A stretch of DNA of 64,000 bases from the NCBI GenBank assembly GCA_016867315.1, contig VGJV01000001.1:194649-258648 (forward strand). The letters are read 5' to 3'. Under the pieces are notes generated by a model, which was not told the DNA's origin, made no database searches, and saw only the letters and a program-made list of their open reading frames with translations. Of the stretch, positions 1 through 8,652 are shown one piece after another. A program made the translations under genes and the position numbers. Positions within the stretch are counted from its first letter, which is position 1, and each line of letters begins with the position of its first letter. This DNA comes from Candidatus Liptonbacteria bacterium. GTDB taxonomy: Bacteria > Patescibacteriota > Minisyncoccia > UBA6257 > 2-01-FULL-56-20.

Positions 1-590
1 TTTCGACCACTACGCATAAGACTCTTCGGGGACCTCGAGGAGCGATCATTATGTGCAAAGAGAAATTTGCGAAAGATATTGACCGAGCGGTATTCCCGGG
101 TGTTCAAGGAGGCCCGCATGATCACATCAACGCCGCCAAGGCAGTGGCCTTCGGAGAGGCGCTTAAGCCGGAATTTGTGCAATATGCCCAGCAGGTCATT
201 GCGAACGCTAGGGGCTTCGCGGCGGCGCTCATGAAGCGGGGATATCGGGTAATTTCGGGAGGCACAGACAACCACATCGTGCTCATCGATATGTTTGGCA
301 GCAAACAAATTACCGGTAAAGAAGCCGAACATGCTTTGGAACAGGTGAATATTTCCATTAATAAAAATATGATTCCGTACGATCCTCGAAAGCCCCTCGA
401 CCCTTCGGGAGTGCGCTTGGGAACTCCGGCAATAACTACGCGGGGGCTTAAAGAAAGTGACATGGAGACTGTGGCGGGATTCATTGACGAAACGCTTATC
501 AATCGAACGGACGAGGCGAAGCTCACCAGCATTCGTTCGCGCGTGACTCAGTTCGCGAGACAGTTTCCTGTGCCGGGGATAACGGCATAG
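1..590 (+). CDS. glyA: serine hydroxymethyltransferase, 5'-truncated by window edge
   Basis: Frame from nt 3 reads [13 protein letters not shown] (PLP-lysine motif); also [29 protein letters not shown]. Confidence 0.97.
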   Translation, partial: STTTHKTLRGPRGAIIMCKEKFAKDIDRAVFPGVQGGPHDHINAAKAVAFGEALKPEFVQYAQQVIANARGFAAALMKRGYRVISGGTDNHIVLIDMFGSKQITGKEAEHALEQVNISINKNMIPYDPRKPLDPSGVRLGTPAITTRGLKESDMETVAGFIDETLINRTDEAKLTSIRSRVTQFARQFPVPGITA

Positions 591-611
591 AATTTAGAAA
601 TTAGAACGTAG
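588..611 (+). repeat. 7-bp-period TAGAAnn array starting at the glyA stop
   Basis: TAG at 588, 595, 602, 609. Confidence 0.8.
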
Positions 612-765
612 AAGAGGCGACGCTCACGATACTTTCACGCTTTTCTTCAAATACTGTAGGGATGTTCCTTGAGAAGTAAATTTGTGACGGTTGGATATCG
701 CGGAAACCCGAAACTCACGTTGCAAGCAAGGATCAAATAACCATACAGAACAGAGGAGGAGTATT

Positions 766-1272
766 ATGTTGACTGCAACCGCAACTGCGCCGAGGGGTGT
801 CAATTCTGTTCGAGAGTCTCTCGACAACCCTACGTTAGAACACGTGCGAAGTTTCCCATTTAGGATGACCCATGGTTTTTCTCTTGATCGTTGTCCGCGA
901 TCCGGTTTTTTGCGATGGCATCCGGATTTGCACGACGCTAACTTTCCTGGCAGTGCTACGCATTGGGGGAAGACCTATGGCGCCGAAGTATATCGTCTGA
1001 AGGACGAGCTTACGCTGGAGATGCTCCTTCGTATGGCTATGGAGGGAGGACGGTTGTCTTTGGGAGCATGGACAAGCGCAAGGCTTTGCAGCCAATGTCG
1101 CGAACATCTTCCCAAGGATAACTGGGCAGTATGCGTAGGGGAAGAACACGAGCGAGGGACTCCGGGGTTCATATGGGTTCAGGAGGGAACGGGAGGTTGG
1201 GGACTCGCGCTTTTCAAATGGCGTGCTTCTTGGGCAAGGGGAGCTTACGCGATATTCTTTCACGAGCTTTAG
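766..1272 (+). CDS. hypothetical protein
   Basis: ORF with GAGGAGG SD before ATG 766 and a hairpin terminator downstream; no recognised family. Confidence 0.6.
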   Translation: MLTATATAPRGVNSVRESLDNPTLEHVRSFPFRMTHGFSLDRCPRSGFLRWHPDLHDANFPGSATHWGKTYGAEVYRLKDELTLEMLLRMAMEGGRLSLGAWTSARLCSQCREHLPKDNWAVCVGEEHERGTPGFIWVQEGTGGWGLALFKWRASWARGAYAIFFHEL

Positions 1273-1299
1273 GGAAGGAGGAAGGCTAGCCAAAGGGAA

Positions 1300-1345
1300 G
1301 CCCTCGGCGCGGGGATCATGCGTCGAGGGCGAATTTTATTTTTAT
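1300..1345 (+). terminator. intrinsic terminator
   Basis: GCCCTCGGCGC...GCGTCGAGGGC stem followed by T-rich run. Confidence 0.65.
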
Positions 1346-1376
1346 TACGAAGGAAGATATACTTCCCCCATTGCGC

Positions 1377-2219
1377 ATGGCTCAAATTCTTGATGGGAAA
1401 AAGATAGCTGGGGAGGTCCTTGTCCGGCTTAAGTCCAGACCAGTTCCAAAGCAGTTTTTCGCAGGAGTACTTATAGGCGATGATCCGGCCTCCGAAAGTT
1501 TTCAAAAACTCAAACAGGGGGTGGCACGGGAGCTCGGGATTGATTATGGGATCTCTAAACTTTCTCCGGAGCTGGGGGATGAAGGACTTCGCGAGGAGGT
1601 AGGACGGATGGCTGAGGAGAAGAATTGTGGAGGCGTGATTGTACAACTTCCTTTACCCGAAGGACTCAATCCGCATTATATTGTGAATGCGATTCCGGCG
1701 GAGAAAGATCCGGATGTGTTGGGAGAGCGAGCATTGGGAGCTTTTTATAATGGGAGCGGGGTTGCTGTCCATCCGGCGGCAGCTACGGTGTGGGAAATTT
1801 TGAAACAGACGAATTTCAACCTGGAGGGAAAAAAAGTAGCCATTGTGGGGCCGGGGACTCTTATTGGGAAGCCGGTGGCGGTATCGCTTTTAGGGAAGGT
1901 GAGTAATCTCTATGTTTTGGGAAGGGGGTCGGATATGAGTTTACTTAAAAATTGCGATCTTGTGATTTTGGGAGTAGGAAAGGCGGGACTTGTGACTCCC
2001 GATATGCTCAAAGAAGGAGTCGGAGTAATTGACTTTGGATACAGTCCCGGAGAAAAGTTGGGAGTGAATGGGAAACCGTTACTTCGTGGGGATTTTGATT
2101 CATCGGATGCAGCTCTTTGCGATGCGCGATTGGCGTTCTATACTCCTACGCCCGGAGGAACGGGGCCGATTCTTGTTTCCAAACTTTTTGAGAATTTTTA
2201 CGCCTTGAATTCGGAATAG
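1377..2219 (+). CDS. folD: bifunctional methylene-THF dehydrogenase/cyclohydrolase
   Basis: ILDGKKIA, VIVQLPLP, EKDPD, VIDFG, TPTPGGTGP motifs. Confidence 0.93.
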   Translation: MAQILDGKKIAGEVLVRLKSRPVPKQFFAGVLIGDDPASESFQKLKQGVARELGIDYGISKLSPELGDEGLREEVGRMAEEKNCGGVIVQLPLPEGLNPHYIVNAIPAEKDPDVLGERALGAFYNGSGVAVHPAAATVWEILKQTNFNLEGKKVAIVGPGTLIGKPVAVSLLGKVSNLYVLGRGSDMSLLKNCDLVILGVGKAGLVTPDMLKEGVGVIDFGYSPGEKLGVNGKPLLRGDFDSSDAALCDARLAFYTPTPGGTGPILVSKLFENFYALNSE

Positions 2220-2221
2220 TA

Positions 2222-3223
2222 ATGCAGCGAAAGAAATCCTCTCCTCTTTTAGGGAAAGTTTTGAAAAAGATCGCTCCAAAAATCGGAGCGCGAGTCATTT
2301 TAGAGCCTCGATGGAACATCGTGGGGCAAATTATTTTTAAGCGCGGACGAAAGCGATATTTCAGGTATTCCAGCTTGGATTTAAATCCGCTCGGGGCTTC
2401 GGAAATCTCGAACGATAAAGACTACGCGAATTTTTTTATGAAACGATTGGGGTATCCTACGGTACCGGGCGAAGCTTTTTTCTCTCCTCAATGGGCGGAA
2501 GCGATCGGTTCCCGCCGCACTTTTCAGGCTGCGTATCGCTATGCGCGGAAGTTAGGGTTCCCCGTGGTTGTGAAGCCCAACAGCGGTAGCCAAGGGCGAG
2601 GAGTGACGCTGGTATATAACAAGAAAGAATTTTATTCTGCGTTACGTGAGATATTTTTGAGAGATAGAGTGGTCTTAGTCCAAAAGCCCGTTTTGGGAAA
2701 TGATTATCGGGTGGTGGTTCTCAATGATAAGGTAATTTCTGCATACCAGCGTATTCCTTTGAATGTCATAGGTGATGGAGTGTGCACTATCCGACAATTA
2801 CTTTTGGTAAAACAGCGCAGTTTCGAAGCCTCGAGTCGTGATACCCAACTCAAACTTAATGACCAGCGCATTTCTAAAAAGCTTGCTCGTCAGCGTTTAT
2901 TTATGCGATCCATTCCTGCTAAAGGGAGACAAGTTTTTCTTTTAGACAATGCGAACCTTTCTACGGGAGGAGATTCAATCGATGTTACTCGGGAGATCCA
3001 TCCTGATTTTAAAAAGATCGCTGTCGCTCTTACTAAAGACATGGGACTTCGGCTTTGTGGGGTGGATCTTATGGTGCGGGGAGACATCCGTCAGCTGCCT
3101 GCTACTTATTGGATTCTTGAAATAAACGCAGCTCCAGGACTCGATCATTATGCAAAGAGTGGAAAAGCACAGGAAAAAATAGTAGAAGATCTCTACTTGC
3201 AGGTTCTTAAAAGTATGGAGTGA
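2222..3223 (+). CDS. ATP-grasp ligase, similar to the cyanophycin synthetase/GshAB ATP-grasp domain, stand-alone
   Basis: PVVVKPNSGSQGRGV, DYRVVV, NANLSTGG, GVDL, ILEINAAPG. Confidence 0.85.
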   Translation: MQRKKSSPLLGKVLKKIAPKIGARVILEPRWNIVGQIIFKRGRKRYFRYSSLDLNPLGASEISNDKDYANFFMKRLGYPTVPGEAFFSPQWAEAIGSRRTFQAAYRYARKLGFPVVVKPNSGSQGRGVTLVYNKKEFYSALREIFLRDRVVLVQKPVLGNDYRVVVLNDKVISAYQRIPLNVIGDGVCTIRQLLLVKQRSFEASSRDTQLKLNDQRISKKLARQRLFMRSIPAKGRQVFLLDNANLSTGGDSIDVTREIHPDFKKIAVALTKDMGLRLCGVDLMVRGDIRQLPATYWILEINAAPGLDHYAKSGKAQEKIVEDLYLQVLKSME

Positions 3224-3225
3224 TG

Positions 3226-3936
3226 TTACTCCCTCTTTTTTCTTAATCGTGAAAAAAGAGGTTTATACATGTCCTCCTGGATGTTTATGGAACATTCCCG
3301 GCGATTTACTTTCTCGGCGAATTTTACCGGTGCATTTTGGATGAGTGCGAGAGGCTTTTTTTCATTCCCTTCCCCCATTGTTAATACTGCGGCGGTAGCT
3401 AAGCCATCCGCTATATTTGTCTGAGCAAATCTAAATCTTCTTCCAAAAATGTCTTTTGTGCCGCGGTAATCTTTAAGGCCTCGGAATCCGGCGTACCCGA
3501 GGGCCACTCCGGTAACGCCGAGTCGAAGGGGGATTGTGCGGCTATCGGTGATGAGTACCCCCCAATTTTTTATTTTGTAGCATCTTCGGAGCGCATCTCG
3601 AAGACGGCGGGCGGTTTTAAAGCTATCTTTGGGAAGCAAGATAAGCTTGCCGTTCGCGTTCGATTCATCTATTCCCGCTGAAGCCATCATCATTCCATCT
3701 TTTATTGTGAGCCATACGTGTTTAGTACGGATGGCCATTTCACTTTCTTTCCGAATGAGATCAGGTTTAGTTCTGGAATTTTTTATGGGCGCGGTTCGAT
3801 TTTCGGAGAGCGCCACAATTTTAGAAGTTACTACGAGTACCGAGTTTTCGGGGATTTTCTTTATATATTTTTTTATAAACGCGAGAAGGTTTTCGCCTTC
3901 TTTAAATATGTGAGTTTTTATTGGGTTTATGTGCAT
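3226..3936 (-). CDS. CofE-like (F420-0:gamma-glutamyl ligase family) protein
   Basis: VVTSKIVALSE, ASAGIDESN, VLITDS, PLRLGVTGVALG, DIFGR, MGEGNE. Confidence 0.88.
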   Translation of the reverse strand: MHINPIKTHIFKEGENLLAFIKKYIKKIPENSVLVVTSKIVALSENRTAPIKNSRTKPDLIRKESEMAIRTKHVWLTIKDGMMMASAGIDESNANGKLILLPKDSFKTARRLRDALRRCYKIKNWGVLITDSRTIPLRLGVTGVALGYAGFRGLKDYRGTKDIFGRRFRFAQTNIADGLATAAVLTMGEGNEKKPLALIQNAPVKFAEKVNRRECSINIQEDMYKPLFSRLRKKRE

Positions 3937-3981
3937 GAAAATGTGGAGGGCAACGATTGTTTTCCTGCCCTCCGTTGTACC

Positions 3982-4617
3982 TTATTTTTTGTTTCTCATC
4001 CATTTTTTTTCGATGAGATAGAGAATATCATCCGAGGTTTCTATTTCGAGATGTGAAGGAACGGTATACGTGAGGAGGGTTGTGCCTCGCGGTACCAAGC
4101 GACGGGCCGTGGAAAAGGGATACTTCGCGAAAAAATCATTCCGCGGCATTTCCTGTGCTCCTACTCTGTACCCGGCATGGATTACTGTGTTTCGATTTGT
4201 CATCAGGCCGACGTGTCCAATGAGAAGATTTCCCGCAGGGCGGCTTGAGAAAAGCCCCTCAGTGAAGACTATATCTTCTTCGCCCAGTTCGCTCTCCGCG
4301 ATGCCTTCTCCATACTCGAGCCATCGTAGAAAATCTTTTGGGAGCCATATTCCCCGAATTGCATACAGGTATTTGATGAAGGTGATGCAGTTCAAAATGT
4401 GGGGAGCATTGCTGAAATCTGTTTCTCGTGCATATTGCACTTTCCCGATTAAATGCCGCGCTTCGCCGAGGAGATTTACCTCAATGCGATGTAGGCCGGA
4501 ATTTCTGAGGATGCTTAGCGCATCCAGGTAGGGAATGTTAAGATTCGTGGAGTTTAGGTTTACCGCGCAGCGTCTTTCAGCGGATTGAGGCAATTGAGTG
4601 GCAATGAGATATTTCAC
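3982..4617 (-). CDS. NlpC/P60-family cysteine peptidase-like protein
   Basis: LNCITFIKYLY (Cys), DIVF, GHVGL, VIHA; GTG start preceded by AAGGA. Confidence 0.7.
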   Translation of the reverse strand: MKYLIATQLPQSAERRCAVNLNSTNLNIPYLDALSILRNSGLHRIEVNLLGEARHLIGKVQYARETDFSNAPHILNCITFIKYLYAIRGIWLPKDFLRWLEYGEGIAESELGEEDIVFTEGLFSSRPAGNLLIGHVGLMTNRNTVIHAGYRVGAQEMPRNDFFAKYPFSTARRLVPRGTTLLTYTVPSHLEIETSDDILYLIEKKWMRNKK

Positions 4618-4649
4618 AAGTTTCCTTTCTTTGTGGTTATGAAGAACAA

Positions 4650-4778
4650 AATTAAAACCGCCTCAGAAAGGCGGCTCAATTAGAAATCAATGAGAGCCGC
4701 CTCTTACGTCGAGGTGTGCCTTGCAAAGCTAGACCAGGTGGAGCGAAAGCGAGTAATAAGCATGGGATTATTGTATCA
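4650..4778 (-). promoter_or_regulatory. candidate leader-peptide attenuator (19-aa leader at 4763-4704, alternative stems, terminator)
   Basis: TGn-TACAAT promoter; ORF MLITRFRSTWSSFARHTST*; AGGCGGCTC/GAGCCGCCT competes with CCGCCT/AGGCGG+T-tract. Confidence 0.6.
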
Positions 4779-4780
4779 TG

Positions 4781-4852
4781 TGCGCCCTGTAGGATTTGAA
4801 CCTACGACCTATCGCGTGTAAAGCGACCGCTCTGCCGCTGAGCTAAGGGCGC
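4781..4852 (-). tRNA. tRNA-Val(TAC)
   Basis: Cloverleaf GCGCCCT/AGGGCGC; anticodon loop TT-TAC-AC; GGTTCAAATCC T-arm. Confidence 0.95.
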
Positions 4853-4879
4853 ATGCTGAATTGCGCATGCCGCCTCATA

Positions 4880-5692
4880 TTAATGGAATTCTAGTATAAG
4901 AGGCAAGTGGTCTGAAATTTCCACGTTTGGTACCTCGAATCGTTCCACGGCAACATCGTGGGATACTAAAATGTAATCTACTACTGCATCGAAATCCTTT
5001 TTGTTGAAATGCTTGGAAAGTCGACTCCTGGTGCGCTCAATCGAAAATTCTTCCACGAGATTGCGCATGTGTTCGGCCAGTAGTGCGAAGCTTTGCGTGT
5101 CGGGACGGAGGTTAAAGTCTCCGCAAATAATTTTAGGCTCTTTTTCTCCCTTGAGAAATTCAAGCACTTTCTCTGATTGAAGGAGCCGATCGGGGGTATC
5201 TCGATGGCCGAGAAAGTGCGGTTCTTTATGAAGTTTTGCCAGGGTCTCCGGAGGGTGGGCCAAGCCATGGAGGTTCGATATGGAGAAGGTTTTGGGGCCC
5301 ATGGCGATTCTCGTGCAGAGGAGCACGGAAGGTATTGTTTTGGTGTCTACCGCGCCATTGCGCTCGCGGTAAACGAAGGTTTCTTCGGTGGAGAGTACCT
5401 GAATGGACTTTCTTACAAACGTAGCCTGTCCGGCGGAGATATCAAAATCTACTTTGCCCTCGAAATCCCACCCATCTTGTTCGGCGGCGAAAAAACCTTC
5501 GAATTCAGGAAGAATTTGGGAAAATTCTCCAAACATATTCGTGCGGATGCCTCGACTCTCTGTCGCGTCCGAATTCGAGCGAAACATTTCCTGAAACAAA
5601 AAAAGATCCGTCGTCGGAGTTTCTTGCTTTATAAATTCGAGAAGCGGCTCGTAACACTTGCCGCCGAAGGTGTTTAGGGTAATAAGTCTCAT
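4880..5692 (-). CDS. endonuclease/exonuclease/phosphatase family protein
   Basis: LITLN, FQE, ICGDFN, VDYILVS, SDHLP. Confidence 0.9.
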   Translation of the reverse strand: MRLITLNTFGGKCYEPLLEFIKQETPTTDLFLFQEMFRSNSDATESRGIRTNMFGEFSQILPEFEGFFAAEQDGWDFEGKVDFDISAGQATFVRKSIQVLSTEETFVYRERNGAVDTKTIPSVLLCTRIAMGPKTFSISNLHGLAHPPETLAKLHKEPHFLGHRDTPDRLLQSEKVLEFLKGEKEPKIICGDFNLRPDTQSFALLAEHMRNLVEEFSIERTRSRLSKHFNKKDFDAVVDYILVSHDVAVERFEVPNVEISDHLPLILEFH

Positions 5693-5781
5693 CCTGTTAG
5701 AAGCCGTGGTCGCACCGCAATAAAAAAGTTACACGAGGCATTTATTTTGAAGTAGAAACTGCGACCTGCTTCTCACGGGAC

Positions 5782-6183
5782 TCATTGAGTTTGTTCCCAT
5801 TTGGCTACGGCTGGATGAAAATCCACTTGATGCTCGGGGATTCCAAGTGCAATGCCATATTGTTTGGCTGCATCATATTCCGCTTGGCTTTTTCGATCAA
5901 CAAAGAAAACTTTATCACGAAATACTATGTAGTGATGGGTGGAATTTCTGAAATCGGCATACCATGCGTTATGCGTGTGATCGATTGACTGGCTGATTTT
6001 TTTCACACATTCTGCTGCGTGGGATTCAGGAATGAGCACTTCATGGAGCGTCCATTGTGAAACCCAGGGTGTTTTATGTTTGTCGGTGACTTGGCTTACT
6101 CGCGTACTTAAAATTTGCACTTCTTTGAGAATTGCTTTGTTCTCGAGAGATTCCTCGATTATCACGCCGCGGTAATCGGACAT
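5782..6183 (-). CDS. hypothetical protein
   Basis: 133-aa ORF (GVIIEESL, WYADF, GIPEHQVDF); no function recognised. Confidence 0.75.
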   Translation of the reverse strand: MSDYRGVIIEESLENKAILKEVQILSTRVSQVTDKHKTPWVSQWTLHEVLIPESHAAECVKKISQSIDHTHNAWYADFRNSTHHYIVFRDKVFFVDRKSQAEYDAAKQYGIALGIPEHQVDFHPAVAKWEQTQ

Positions 6184-6254
6184 AGTTATATTTTGCCCCG
6201 CCTTTGGCGGGACACAAGAGACTCTAACTCACTTCGTTCGAAGATTCTCTAGTG

Positions 6255-6325
6255 TCGGGCCGCCGAGATTTGAACTCGGACTAAATCTTCCCAAAAGACT
6301 CGTGCTGCCGTTACACTACGGCCCG
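6255..6325 (-). tRNA. tRNA-Pro(TGG)
   Basis: CGGGCCG acceptor; AGTCT-TTTGGGA-AGATT anticodon arm; GAGTTCAAATCTC. Confidence 0.93.
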
Positions 6326-6370
6326 TTGCCCTTCAAATTACGCTACTTTTCGGCTAGAATCAATGCGCTT

Positions 6371-6442
6371 GTCCTCGTAGTTCAACGGATAGAACTCCTG
6401 CCTTCTAAGCAGGTAATCGAGGTTCGATTCCTCGCGAGGACA
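6371..6442 (+). tRNA. tRNA-Arg(TCT)
   Basis: GTCCTCG/CGAGGAC; CCTGC-CTTCTAA-GCAGG; GGTTCGATTCC. Confidence 0.95.
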
Positions 6443-6515
6443 CCGAGATTCTTAGGAAGTTAGGGGTCTATTGAAGGATTAATAAAAAATGTGTAAGCTG
6501 GGACTGCTATCGTAA

Positions 6516-6782
6516 GCCGCGGTAGCTCAGTGGCAGAGCATTCGCCTGAACTCTTCGGGCACCGATTCAGTAATGAGTCGGTAAAAACTGGGTGAATTCG
6601 GGGGAACTTCGCAAGAACAATCCCGAGCCAAGCTCCAAACTTGGAGAAGGTGTAGAGACTATCCCTTCGGGGAGTACTCTGAAAAATCAGAGGAAGCGCC
6701 CAGCTCCGCGCAAGCGGATGATGATATAGTCCAACTTCGCAGGAAGAGCGATTGGTCGTCAGTTCGATTCTGACCCGCGGCA
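6516..6782 (+). tRNA. tRNA-Phe(GAA), intron-split (exons 6516-6547 and 6743-6782)
   Basis: Joined exons give a 72-nt cloverleaf: GCCGCGG/CCGCGGC acceptor, TCGC-CTGAAGA-GCGA anticodon arm, GTCAG-TTCGATT-CTGAC T-arm. Confidence 0.9.
6548..6742 (+). ncRNA. group I self-splicing intron (195 nt, no ORF)
   Basis: 5' exon ends in U and intron ends in G; P1 GCCUGAA/UUCGGGC with U.G at the splice site; P10 CUCUUC/GAAGAG; P3 CUGGGUG/CGCCCAG; P7 GACUAU/AUAGUC; core GAAUUCGGGGGAA...AAUCCCGAGCCAAGC...AAGGUGUAGAGACUA. Confidence 0.92.
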
Positions 6783-6790
6783 CATTATAT

Positions 6791-6826
6791 AAAGCAAAAC
6801 ACCTCCCCCGGGAGGTGTTTTGCTTT
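6791..6826. terminator. bidirectional terminator between tRNA-Phe and rpsA
   Basis: AAAGCAAAACACCTCCC/GGGAGGTGTTTTGCTTT inverted repeat. Confidence 0.85.
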
Positions 6827-6831
6827 CCAGA

Positions 6832-6862
6832 CTACTTGCTACCCGCTACGTGCTACTCGCTA
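6832..6862 (-). repeat. 7-bp-period TAGCnnG array starting at the rpsA stop
   Basis: CTA on + strand at 6832, 6839, 6846, 6853, 6860. Confidence 0.8.
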
Positions 6863-7957
6863 CTTCTTCAGTTTAAGCATTATCCGCTTTTCTTCCGGCT
6901 TCACGGCCTCTACCACGAATTTCTGCATGTCTCCTACGGGAAGTTTAGCTTTCATGGCATCTGCAGATTCGAATTCAGCGATGTGCACGGTGCCTTGAAT
7001 GCCCTGGCCCAAGTCGATAATCGCACCGAAGGGATTCAATTTATAAATTTTTCCTTCCACTTCTTCTCCTTTCTTGTAACGGTCGCCCAAAGTCGTCCAT
7101 GGGTCTTGCTGGAGCGCTTTCAAAGAGAGGAACACGCGGCCATCTTCGCGGATATCGATGATTTTTACTTTCACTGTTTCATCTACTTTAAGCACTTCTT
7201 TCGGATTATCTACTATATAGTGCGCGAGTTCGGAGATGTGGATCAGCCCTTCGAGCTGCGGTTCATCGACGAACCGGACGAATGCACCGAAGTCGGCGAT
7301 CCCCGTTACCAATCCCTGAATTTCGTCGCCCGCTTTGTATTTCTTCAAAAGTTCTTTTACGTTCCCGCTTACTACTTCACGTTCGGAAATAATGAACTTA
7401 TTGTGGCGCGGGTTTACGTCGATCACCTTTACCGTGAGCTCCTCGCCGATGAATTTCTTGAGTTCGTCAAATATTTTCTGGCGGTCGCCGTCTTCCACGC
7501 GCGGATAGTGCTCCTGAGAGAGTTGGGAGACAGGCAAAAAAGCTTTGAGATCGAGCAGGGTCGCGGTAAGGCCGCCGGCGTTCGCTCCTACAATTTTTAC
7601 TTTCACTAATTCTCCGGATTCCATGAGTTCTTTGGCTTGCTGCCAGAGCCGTTCTTTGCCGGCTTCGGCGAGGGAAAGCTCGATGTAGCCGTCTTCGGAT
7701 TCCAGGGTTTTGATTTTCGCGAGCACGGTGCCCCCGGGCTGAAGCTCTTTTACAATTTCTTTCGCATTCAAGAGTTCCACTCCCCATACGATACCCGTTC
7801 CGAATTTCCCTAAATCAAAAAACACCTTCCGGTCAGTTTTCCGGAGGAGTTTTACTTCCACCACGCTTCCTTCTTTAGGCCATTCGCCCGAAGGTATGGC
7901 CGCTTTCAAAGCGTCCAAGAGGGTGGTTTGCGAACTCTTTACTGAGGCATCTGCCAT
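6860..7957 (-). CDS. rpsA: 30S ribosomal protein S1 (four S1 domains)
   Basis: AFLPVSQL, DFGAFV, EGLIHISELA, NPFGAII repeats. Confidence 0.88.
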   Translation of the reverse strand: MADASVKSSQTTLLDALKAAIPSGEWPKEGSVVEVKLLRKTDRKVFFDLGKFGTGIVWGVELLNAKEIVKELQPGGTVLAKIKTLESEDGYIELSLAEAGKERLWQQAKELMESGELVKVKIVGANAGGLTATLLDLKAFLPVSQLSQEHYPRVEDGDRQKIFDELKKFIGEELTVKVIDVNPRHNKFIISEREVVSGNVKELLKKYKAGDEIQGLVTGIADFGAFVRFVDEPQLEGLIHISELAHYIVDNPKEVLKVDETVKVKIIDIREDGRVFLSLKALQQDPWTTLGDRYKKGEEVEGKIYKLNPFGAIIDLGQGIQGTVHIAEFESADAMKAKLPVGDMQKFVVEAVKPEEKRIMLKLKK

Positions 7958-8037
7958 ACGTCCCCCGATTATAAAGATATTGAAAATAAATGCAAATACG
8001 GCTGGAAATGCCCTTCGATCCTTGGTACAATGCCCCC

Positions 8038-8610
8038 GTGGTTATTACCTATTTAGGCGAAGGCTCATTCCGCCTCCAAAGCGGAGAAATTTCAATATTA
8101 ATAGACCCTACTTCGAATCGATTCAAGGGGGATTTGGTCTTGCGTACCGAAGCGGAATTTCCAAAGTCCGAGGCGGCGCCCGGGGCGCAAACGGAGATTT
8201 TGCATGCGGGAGAATTCGAATCCAAGGGTATTGAAGTGCAGGGAATTGTCTTAGGAGCGGATCATAAAGAGGGGAAAACGCACACGGGATACCTTGTGCG
8301 ATGGGAGGATCTTACTTTTGCATTTTTGGGGCCGCTCGCTCGGGTGCTTGATCCGGAGCTTTTGGAAAAATTTGACGATCCGGATGTGCTTTTTTTGCGG
8401 CTCGGGGCACGGTATCTCACTGAAGAAGCGGCGGAAAAAGTGGTCCGGCAAATTGAGCCCAAAGTGGTAATCCCGGCGTATGAAAAGTCTCCGCAAGCGT
8501 TTCTTAAAGAAATGGGAGAAGCGGGAGCGCTTGAGGAAAAGTTTGTGTTCCGCAAAAAGGATTTAGAGGCGATCGAGGGGACTAAAACAATCGCGCTCAA
8601 GGCGGCATAG
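8038..8610 (+). CDS. metallo-beta-lactamase-fold protein (degenerate)
   Basis: ITYLGEGSFRL, ILIDP, GEFE, IEPKVVIP; TGGTACAAT -10 just upstream of GTG 8038. Confidence 0.75.
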   Translation: MVITYLGEGSFRLQSGEISILIDPTSNRFKGDLVLRTEAEFPKSEAAPGAQTEILHAGEFESKGIEVQGIVLGADHKEGKTHTGYLVRWEDLTFAFLGPLARVLDPELLEKFDDPDVLFLRLGARYLTEEAAEKVVRQIEPKVVIPAYEKSPQAFLKEMGEAGALEEKFVFRKKDLEAIEGTKTIALKAA

Positions 8611-8645
8611 TATACAGCAAGTAGCAGGTAGCATGTAGCAAGTAG
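8608..8645 (+). repeat. 7-bp-period TAGCAnG array starting at a stop codon
   Basis: TAG/CAG at 8608, 8615, 8622, 8629, 8636, 8643. Confidence 0.8.
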
Positions 8646-8652
8646 TATAAAT

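Noticed and set aside
6460-7609. ORFs 6460-6783 (-) and 6752-7609 (+)
   Set aside because: They are shadows of the intron-containing tRNA-Phe and of rpsA on the opposite strand.
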